In this document: piece after piece, positions 57,288 to 64,000 of the stretch
How positions within the stretch are numbered: position 1 is the stretch's first letter
Layout: each line of letters begins with the position of its first letter
Assembly (NCBI GenBank): GCA_005881715.1
Contig: VBEE01000035.1
Location: forward strand, 12,260 to 76,259
Length of the DNA: 64,000 bases
Source: Chloroflexota bacterium
GTDB lineage: Bacteria; Chloroflexota; Dormibacteria; CF-121
Direction: 5' to 3'
Translations under genes and position numbers: made by a program
The notes under the pieces: generated by a model
Told to the model about the DNA's origin: nothing
The model's input: the letters and a program-made list of their open reading frames with translations, nothing else
The model's database searches: none

Positions 57288-58745
57288 GTGTTCAGCAGGA
57301 AAGCTGCTCGGCAGCAGCGGCGCCCCACGAGCGACATCCAGGACCCACTACGGGCCCGGGTCAGGCCAATCCCAGAACCCTCTAGAGAGGAGCTGGCCAA
57401 ACAGGACAGCACGACGTCTGGCCTTGCCGCCGGGGGGACGCCCGATGCCGGACGGACGACGCTCGACGAGGCGCGCCGCAAGGGTCCCATCGGGTGGCTC
57501 CAGCTACTGGGACCCGGCTTGATCACCGGGGCGAGCGATGACGATCCGAGCGGCATCGGCACCTACACGCAGGTCGGCAGCCACTTCGGCTATGGGCTCC
57601 TCTGGACGGCCCTCTTGACGTTTCCACTCATGAGCGCGGTCCAGGAGTTGTGCTCGCGAATCGCGTTGCAAACCGGCGTCGGCCTGGGCATCAGCCTGCG
57701 GCGCAAGTTCCCAGGCTGGCTGGTCGGCCTCGCCATTGCCGGTTTGCTGGCCGCCAACACCTTCAACGTTGGCGCCGACCTCGGCGCCGTGGCGGCCGCC
57801 GGCGAGCTGCTTTCCGGCGGGCTGGTCAAGACGATCTGGCTCATCATTCCCGTCGCCGCGCTGATCCTGAGTCTGCAGTTCCTCGTCAGCTACGCGACCA
57901 TCTTCAAGATCTTCAAGTGGTTGACGCTGGCGCTGTTTACGTATGTCGTTACCGCATTCCTTACGCATCCGCCGCTGGCGACCCTGGTGAAGGCGACCTT
58001 CGTTCCACACGTGGAGCTGTCGAAGGACTTCATCATGGCGCTCGTCGCGGTGTTGGGGACGACGATCTCCCCTTATCTCTTCTTCTGGCAAGCGTCTTCG
58101 GAAGTGGATGAATTGAAAGCCGCCGGCGCGACCAGGCCATTGACGGGCCGGCGTGGGCTTCGGCTCAAGGAGTTGCACGCCGCGCGCCTCGATATTTTCA
58201 TCGGGATGGCCTTCTCCAACCTTGTCATGTTCTTCATCATCCTGACCTCGGCCGCGGTCCTTCACGCCCATGGCAAGACCAATGTCGAGACGGCCAGCCA
58301 GGCAGCGGCCGCATTGGCTCCACTCGCCGGTCCATTCGCGTTCGTGCTATTCGCGCTGGGGATAATCGGCAGCGGTCTTCTGGCTGTGCCGATCCTCGCG
58401 GCTTCCGCAAGTTACGCGCTCAAGGAATTCCTCGGTCTGCGCGGCGACCTGGCGAGCAAGCCACGCTACCGCCCCACCTTCTACATCATGCTGGCGGCGG
58501 CCACGATCGCGGGCGTGGCCATGAACTTCATGCACCTCGACCCGATTCGCGCCCTCTTCGTCACCGCTGTGATCAACGGCATCGTGGCCCCGCCGCTGCT
58601 CATCCTGATCATCCTGCTGGGCGCCGATCACCGGATCATGAAGCGCCACGCCAGCGGCAGGCTCAGCCTGGCATTGACGGGGATCGCCGCCGGCCTGATG
58701 ACGCTGGCGGCGATTGCCCTGTTCGGCACCATGGTTGCGGGGTGA
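57288..58745 (+). CDS. Nramp-family divalent metal transporter
   Basis: LGPGLITGASDDDPSGIGTY, LGTTISPYLFFWQ; about 11 TM; start uncertain. Confidence 0.92.
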   Translation: MFSRKAARQQRRPTSDIQDPLRARVRPIPEPSREELAKQDSTTSGLAAGGTPDAGRTTLDEARRKGPIGWLQLLGPGLITGASDDDPSGIGTYTQVGSHFGYGLLWTALLTFPLMSAVQELCSRIALQTGVGLGISLRRKFPGWLVGLAIAGLLAANTFNVGADLGAVAAAGELLSGGLVKTIWLIIPVAALILSLQFLVSYATIFKIFKWLTLALFTYVVTAFLTHPPLATLVKATFVPHVELSKDFIMALVAVLGTTISPYLFFWQASSEVDELKAAGATRPLTGRRGLRLKELHAARLDIFIGMAFSNLVMFFIILTSAAVLHAHGKTNVETASQAAAALAPLAGPFAFVLFALGIIGSGLLAVPILAASASYALKEFLGLRGDLASKPRYRPTFYIMLAAATIAGVAMNFMHLDPIRALFVTAVINGIVAPPLLILIILLGADHRIMKRHASGRLSLALTGIAAGLMTLAAIALFGTMVAG

Positions 58746-58783
58746 TCGAGCGCTAACCGGTGGCGCGAGGCCGAAGTCGAAGT

Positions 58784-58800
58784 TCTTAGTCTCTTCTCAT
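58784..58800 (+). promoter_or_regulatory. OmpR/MprA-like direct-repeat site (putative autoregulation)
   Basis: TCTTAG-TCTCT-TCTCAT, 24 nt before the regulator start. Confidence 0.55.
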
Positions 58801-58824
58801 CCCGACGTGCTTTGATGGTGGCGA

Positions 58825-59505
58825 GTGTCCGAACAACCGCACGTGCTCGTGGTCGACGATGATGCGAAGATTGCCGCCGCGCTTCGCCGGGCCCTGATCT
58901 ACGAGGGGTACCAGGTCGAGGTGGCGCCCGACGGCCACATCGCGCTCGCTCGGGCACGCGATCGCATGCCCGACCTGGCAATCCTCGACATCATGATGCC
59001 CGGCATCGACGGGCTGGAGGTCACCCGCCGACTCCGTGCCGAGGGGGACGTTCCGATTCTGCTGCTCACGGCACGGGACGGGATGGCCGACCGGGTCAAG
59101 GGCCTGGACACCGGCGCCGACGATTACCTGGTAAAGCCCTTCGCCTATGAGGAGCTCCTGGCGCGCGTCCGGGCGCTGCTTCGCCGGCGGGCGCCCCGGG
59201 CCCGCCGCACCCTTCGCTATGCAGACGTCGTGATGGATCTCGCCACTCGCGAGGTCAGGCGCGCCGACCAGCCGATCACCACCACCGCGAAGGAGTTCGA
59301 CCTTCTTCAGCATTTCATGCGCAACCCGGGCCAGGTTCTGCGGCGCGAACAGCTACTGGACGCGGTCTGGGGTTTCGACTTCGGCGCCAGCAGTAACGTG
59401 GTCGACGTCTATGTCGGCTACCTGCGGCAGAAGCTGGAGCAAGGCGGCCGGCCGCGGCTGCTGCAAACGGTGCGCGGGGTTGGGTACATCCTTAAGGAGG
59501 AATGA
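58825..59505 (+). CDS. OmpR-family response regulator (MprA-like)
   Basis: [53 protein letters not shown]. Confidence 0.95.
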   Translation: MSEQPHVLVVDDDAKIAAALRRALIYEGYQVEVAPDGHIALARARDRMPDLAILDIMMPGIDGLEVTRRLRAEGDVPILLLTARDGMADRVKGLDTGADDYLVKPFAYEELLARVRALLRRRAPRARRTLRYADVVMDLATREVRRADQPITTTAKEFDLLQHFMRNPGQVLRREQLLDAVWGFDFGASSNVVDVYVGYLRQKLEQGGRPRLLQTVRGVGYILKEE

Positions 59506-59542
59506 ACCATCTATCGGTGATCGCGTCCGGGTCGCTGAACGC

Positions 59543-61030
59543 CTGACCCCAATTCGCCGTTCCCTGATTCACGTCTGGCGATGGCTCGACCTCCAGACGG
59601 CTCTTCGCCGGCGCCTCCCGATCCGCGGTCGGATCGCGCTGTTTGGTGCGGTGGTCGTCGCGGTGACGGTTGTGATCTTCAGCGGCCTGGTTTACGTGGT
59701 GGTGCAGCGGAGTTTGGTCACGCAGCAGGACGGCGTCCTCCAGCGAGGAGGCGATCGTGCCTGGACCGTTCTGGCGTCGGGCGGGCGGGTCCTACCCGGC
59801 CGAAATTTCTTTCCGCCGGACTTGAACAACAGCTCGGAACCCTTTTACGAACTGTTCGATTCGCAGGGCACGCCCTACATTTCGAGCGCGGTGATTGACG
59901 GCGTTTTCCCACAGATGCCGTCAGGTGCCCTCGAATCGGTTCCCGCCGATCGAGGGGTCTTCAGGAACGTGCAGCCCAGTGGGGGGCCGCTCGTCCGCGC
60001 ATACGTTCGTGCGTGGAATCGCCCTGATCTGGGGGTCAGCGGCTACGTGCTCTATGGCCAACCGCTGTTTGGGATTCAGGCGCAGCTCGACGCCCTTCGC
60101 TTGTTCCTGATTGCCGGAGTGTTTTTGAGCCTGCTCGGTGCGGGAGCCGCCAGCTGGTTGGTCGCCGGCCGCGCGCTGCGACCACTCGACTCCATGGCCA
60201 CGACAGCTGAAGACATCGGCCGCACGCAAGACCTGAGTCGGCGACTCCCTGAGAGTGGACCGAACGACGAAGTCGGCCGATTGCAACGGAGTTTCAATCA
60301 GATGCTCCGACAGCTCGAAGACGCCTACCAGCGGCTGCGATCCGCGTTGCTCGCGCAGCGGCGGTTCGTCGCCGACGCATCGCACGAGTTGCGGACGCCC
60401 CTGACGACCATTCGCGGCAATGTCGGGCTCCTGCTCAAGCGCGAGGATGTCAGCGGCGAAGACCGGATTGCCGCGCTGAACGACATCGCCGGCGAGAGCG
60501 AGCGCATGAGCCGAATGGTGCAGGACCTCTTGACGCTGGCGCGCGCGGATGCCGGCTACCACCTGGAAAAAGCGCCGATCGATCTGCTGCCCATCGTGCA
60601 GGACGTCTCGCGCCAGGCGCAAACGTTGCGACCTCTCCGGCAAATCGAAGTGCTCGACGGGGCGCCCGCGCCGGTTTACGGAAACGCGGATGCGATCCGG
60701 CAATTGCTCTGGATCCTGATCGACAACGCCATGAACCACACGAATCCGGACGGGCACATCCAGGTACGGCTGATGCCGGGGTCCCAGTCGGCGAGGCTGG
60801 TGGTCACCGACGACGGACCCGGAATCCCGCGGCAGGATCTCGAGCGCATCTTCGAGCGCTTCTACCAGTCCGATGCCGCCCGTTCCGGAGAAGGAACCGG
60901 CCTCGGCCTGGCGATCGCCCGCTGGATCGCCCAGGAGCACGGCGGGCGGGTGTTCGCGGCAAACAACCCGCAGGGGGGCGCCGCCTTTACGGTCGAGCTG
61001 CCAACGCCTCAAACGCTCGCATCGCACTAA
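59543..61030 (+). CDS. Membrane sensor histidine kinase with HAMP (MprB-like)
   Basis: Two TM segments, HAMP (DEVGRL), ADASHELRTPL, LIDNA, DDGPGI, GTGLGL. Start uncertain; CTG at 59543 assumed. Confidence 0.92.
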   Translation: MTPIRRSLIHVWRWLDLQTALRRRLPIRGRIALFGAVVVAVTVVIFSGLVYVVVQRSLVTQQDGVLQRGGDRAWTVLASGGRVLPGRNFFPPDLNNSSEPFYELFDSQGTPYISSAVIDGVFPQMPSGALESVPADRGVFRNVQPSGGPLVRAYVRAWNRPDLGVSGYVLYGQPLFGIQAQLDALRLFLIAGVFLSLLGAGAASWLVAGRALRPLDSMATTAEDIGRTQDLSRRLPESGPNDEVGRLQRSFNQMLRQLEDAYQRLRSALLAQRRFVADASHELRTPLTTIRGNVGLLLKREDVSGEDRIAALNDIAGESERMSRMVQDLLTLARADAGYHLEKAPIDLLPIVQDVSRQAQTLRPLRQIEVLDGAPAPVYGNADAIRQLLWILIDNAMNHTNPDGHIQVRLMPGSQSARLVVTDDGPGIPRQDLERIFERFYQSDAARSGEGTGLGLAIARWIAQEHGGRVFAANNPQGGAAFTVELPTPQTLASH

Positions 61031-61060
61031 AGCGGGCTCGCGTGGGCCGGAGGCCCGTTC

Positions 61061-61081
61061 AAAGTCTTAGCGACCTCTTAG
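61061..61081 (+). promoter_or_regulatory. OmpR/MprA-like direct-repeat site upstream of htrA
   Basis: AAAG-TCTTAG-CGACC-TCTTAG. Confidence 0.7.
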
Positions 61082-61131
61082 GCACCGCTCACAGACGGCT
61101 CATCGGCCCGGCGCAGCATTGAGCTCGCGCT

Positions 61132-62367
61132 ATGCAGGATCCCTTCAGCCCGGACTTCATCGACACCCCCATTGCGCCTGAACCACCCTCACCGGCTCCC
61201 CAGCCGACATCGGCTCAACCGGCTCCCTCCTTTCCCCACCGTCCGGCGCGCAGCATGGCCGTGGCCATGCTCGCCGCCGGGCTGGTCGCCGGCAGCGTCG
61301 GCGGCGGTGCCATCGGTGCGGCGCTAGCCAGTCAGCACAAGACGGCAGCGACGACGACGGCATCGACGGTTGGCGCCGGCGTCGCCGCCCCGGCTCCCGC
61401 GCCAGGGTCCTTTGCGGCGATCTACCAGCAGACCGCCCCCGGCGTGGTCATGATCTCCACAGCCATCGCGCGCGGAGGCGCCCGCTCCTTCAGCCAGGCC
61501 GAGGGTTCGGGGATCGTGGTCGACAAGCAAGGGGACATCCTGACCAACGCCCACGTGGTGTCGGGAGCCACGCAGATCCAGGTCATGTTCAGCGACGGGC
61601 ACTCGGCCACCGGTCAGGTCAAGGGCGTGGACCAGAGCGCAGACCTGGCCGTGGTGAAAGTCTCGGTATCTTCGGACCAACTCCATCCCCTTGCCGTCGG
61701 GAATTCGGACACCCTGCAGGTAGGGGACACGGCGCTTGCCATTGGCGCGCCGTTCGGCCTGGCCGGCTCGTTCACCGCCGGCATCATCTCCGGCTTGAAC
61801 CGCAGCACCACAGCTCCCAACAACCGGGCGCTGACCGGCATGATCCAGACCGACGCGCCCATCAACCCGGGTAACTCCGGCGGCGCGCTGCTCGACGGGC
61901 AGGGCCAGTTGATCGGTATCAACGATTCGATCCAGAGCCCGGTCGAAGGCAACGTCGGCGTCGGTTTCGCGATTCCCATCAACCGCGCCGAGACGATGCT
62001 GCAATCGCTTGAGAAGGGGATTGCCATCGAGCACCCGTGGCTCGGCATCAGCGGCCAGACCCTCACGGCGACCACGGCCAGCCAGCTCGGACTCAGCGAG
62101 AAATCGGGCGTGCTGATCGTCGCGGTGGTGCCGAACGGGCCCTCCGCAAAAGCCGGGCTGCAGGCCGATGGGCAGCCCTCGGCGAACGATGATGTGATCA
62201 CCGCGATCGACGGTCACGCGATCACGACGATCGACCAGCTCACACAGTACCTCGATACCAAAAAGGTGGGCGACCGCGTCACCCTGGCGGTGACGCGCAA
62301 CGGCCGGCATATTTCTGTGGGAATCACACTGGGCAATTTCCAGGCCCAGCCGTCGGCGACGCCGTGA
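61132..62367 (+). CDS. htrA: HtrA/PepD-like serine protease with PDZ domain
   Basis: TM, ILTNAHVV, IQTDAPINPGNSGG, PDZ (PWLGI, GPSAKAGL, DVITAIDG). Confidence 0.94.
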   Translation: MQDPFSPDFIDTPIAPEPPSPAPQPTSAQPAPSFPHRPARSMAVAMLAAGLVAGSVGGGAIGAALASQHKTAATTTASTVGAGVAAPAPAPGSFAAIYQQTAPGVVMISTAIARGGARSFSQAEGSGIVVDKQGDILTNAHVVSGATQIQVMFSDGHSATGQVKGVDQSADLAVVKVSVSSDQLHPLAVGNSDTLQVGDTALAIGAPFGLAGSFTAGIISGLNRSTTAPNNRALTGMIQTDAPINPGNSGGALLDGQGQLIGINDSIQSPVEGNVGVGFAIPINRAETMLQSLEKGIAIEHPWLGISGQTLTATTASQLGLSEKSGVLIVAVVPNGPSAKAGLQADGQPSANDDVITAIDGHAITTIDQLTQYLDTKKVGDRVTLAVTRNGRHISVGITLGNFQAQPSATP

Positions 62368-63878
62368 TGCGACAGGCGCCGACGCTGAAGCCGCTTCCCC
62401 AACTGCGCCGGCGTGCCTGGCTCACCGGCACGCGCGCCTGGCTCGCCGGTCTAGGTCTCGTCGCCGTGTTGCTCGTCGGGTTGATCGCTCGCGACACGGT
62501 CCTGGCGAAGCCGGCGGCCGCCACGATTCGGACGGCGAGCGCGGATCGCGGCACGGTGACTTCGGTGGTGAGCGGCACCGGCTCGCTGGTGCCTGCAGGA
62601 CGGATGAACGTGAACTTCAGAGTCGGCGGTATTTTGAGCGAGGTCGACATACGGGTGGGCGACACGGTGAAAACGGGCCAGGTTCTCGCGCGCCTGGACT
62701 CGACCACGCAGCAGGCCGCCCTGAGCCAGGCGCAGGCGTCCCTCGCCTCGGCGCAAGCCAATCTCAAGGCAACGCAAACTCCGCTGACCTCGGCGCAGGT
62801 GGCCCAGTTGCAGCATCAGGTATCGGCCGCCCAGCAGAACTACAACGACACGGTGGCCTCCGTGAACGCCACCAACCAGGCCGACGCCACGACCGTCGCC
62901 AACGACCAGGCGAAGGTCAACACGGACTGCGGGATCGATCCGGGCTCGATCGCCTGTACGCAGGACAAGACCCTGCTCGCCAACGACCAAAGCAAACAAC
63001 ATATGGATGCGATCAGCGGCCAGTCACGGATCAACTCGTCATCCCAGCAGGTCACTTCATCGCGCGACAACCTGGCGGTGCAGACCCAGGTCAAGCCGAA
63101 CGCGCTGGCCTCGGCCCAGGCGCAGGTTGCTTCCGCCCAGGCCCAGGTCCAGGCGGCCCAGCTCGCCCTCAACCAGACCACGCTGACCGCGCCGACCTCC
63201 GGCGTGGTGATCAGCCTGAGTGGGGTTTCCGGCGAGTCGGTGGCGGGCGGCGGATCCGGCGCTACGGCGCAGGCTCCAGGGTCGCTCGCGCCGCAACCGG
63301 CCTCGAGCAGCGCCACCGGCTCTGGTGGGTCGTCGGTATTCATGGTCATCGATGACACCAGCAGCTACGTCGCGGTGATGGCGTTTCCTGAGACGGATGC
63401 CGCACGGCTCGCCGCCAACCAGACGGCCGCACTGACCTTCGACGCGATACCCAACCTGACCATCTCCGGCCACGTGCTGAGCCTCAGCCCGAGTGCAACC
63501 GTGGTGTCGAATGTTGTCGACTACTACGTCAGCTTCGTGCTCAACCGGACCGACCCCCGGCTGCGCGAAGGCATGACGGCCAATGCCGCGGTCACCGTGG
63601 CCCAGGCGGACAATGCGATCCGTGTTCCCAATGCCGCGGTCCAGACCCAGGGCGGGACCACCACCGTCAACGTGCTGGCCAACGGCCAGCAAGTGTCGAC
63701 TGAGGTCGTCACCGGCATCGTCGGCGATAGCTACACCGAGATCAAAGCCGGGCTCAGTGAGGGTGACAAGGTGGTGCTGCCGGCCCTGCGCACCACAGGG
63801 ACATCAACCACGAACAGCAATAATCTGCTCCGGGGCGGCGGCTTCGGGGGTGGAGGCATCCGGAGCGGCGGAGGGTGA
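62364..63878 (+). CDS. Efflux membrane-fusion/adaptor subunit (MacA/YknX-like)
   Basis: TM, VGDTVKTGQVLARLD, Gln/Ala coiled coil, LTAPTSGVV, LREGMTA, GLSEGDKVV. Confidence 0.9.
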   Translation: MMRQAPTLKPLPQLRRRAWLTGTRAWLAGLGLVAVLLVGLIARDTVLAKPAAATIRTASADRGTVTSVVSGTGSLVPAGRMNVNFRVGGILSEVDIRVGDTVKTGQVLARLDSTTQQAALSQAQASLASAQANLKATQTPLTSAQVAQLQHQVSAAQQNYNDTVASVNATNQADATTVANDQAKVNTDCGIDPGSIACTQDKTLLANDQSKQHMDAISGQSRINSSSQQVTSSRDNLAVQTQVKPNALASAQAQVASAQAQVQAAQLALNQTTLTAPTSGVVISLSGVSGESVAGGGSGATAQAPGSLAPQPASSSATGSGGSSVFMVIDDTSSYVAVMAFPETDAARLAANQTAALTFDAIPNLTISGHVLSLSPSATVVSNVVDYYVSFVLNRTDPRLREGMTANAAVTVAQADNAIRVPNAAVQTQGGTTTVNVLANGQQVSTEVVTGIVGDSYTEIKAGLSEGDKVVLPALRTTGTSTTNSNNLLRGGGFGGGGIRSGGG

Positions 63879-64000
63879 TCACCCTCGAGGGGATCACGAA
63901 GGTCTATCGCGCCGGCGAGGTCGAGGTCCCCGCACTCAAAGGCGTTTCGCTGCACATCCCGGAAGGCGAATTCGTCGCCATCATGGGTCCCTCGGGGTCT
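63875..64000 (+). CDS. MacB/LolD-like ABC ATP-binding protein (partial)
   Basis: GTGA overlap; MITLEGITKVYRAGEVEVPALKGVSLHIPEGEFVAIMGPSGS. Confidence 0.9.
   Translation, partial: MITLEGITKVYRAGEVEVPALKGVSLHIPEGEFVAIMGPSGS

Noticed and set aside
57120..57290. Mn-sensing yybP-ykoY riboswitch before the Nramp gene
   Set aside because: No recognisable consensus elements by eye; an Rfam scan would be needed.

Overview
High-GC, gene-dense bacterial chromosomal segment of about 65 genes. I saw no rRNA, tRNA, CRISPR array, transposase or prophage. Gene content suggests a soil monoderm such as Chloroflexota or Ca. Dormibacterota; this is inference only. The window holds: a partial Mg-chelatase-like AAA+ gene; acyl-CoA dehydrogenase and thioesterase; plsY-panE; a BMP-family nucleoside ABC transporter; pgsA; a quinone-related cluster (menG/ubiE divergent from an LLM-oxidoreductase/MenA-like prenyltransferase fusion plus a CPBP protease); hpt; a lactate/glycolate locus (lctP, FMN alpha-hydroxy-acid oxidase, glcDEF, a formyltransferase); ferredoxin, 2-oxoacid:ferredoxin oxidoreductase and AmrS; an orphan CpaF; an Rrf2-headed suf operon with a palindromic operator; surE; two xanthine-dehydrogenase-family systems; a secreted Asp-box protein; Ku next to a ligase-like gene; folE; Nramp; and an MprAB-HtrA-like module followed by a MacAB-like transporter. 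The most notable observations are: (1) the Ku-adjacent ligase-fold protein lacks its catalytic lysines and has clamp-binding-like termini; (2) the LLM-MenA fusion has a linker made of in-frame palindromic repeats; (3) two convergent small lipoproteins share a DRCT...GK...CxP motif; (4) a TCTTAG-N5-TCTTAG motif precedes both htrA paralogs and the response regulator; (5) several genes appear to need non-canonical starts or leaderless transcripts. All calls come from reading motifs by eye; no searches were run.
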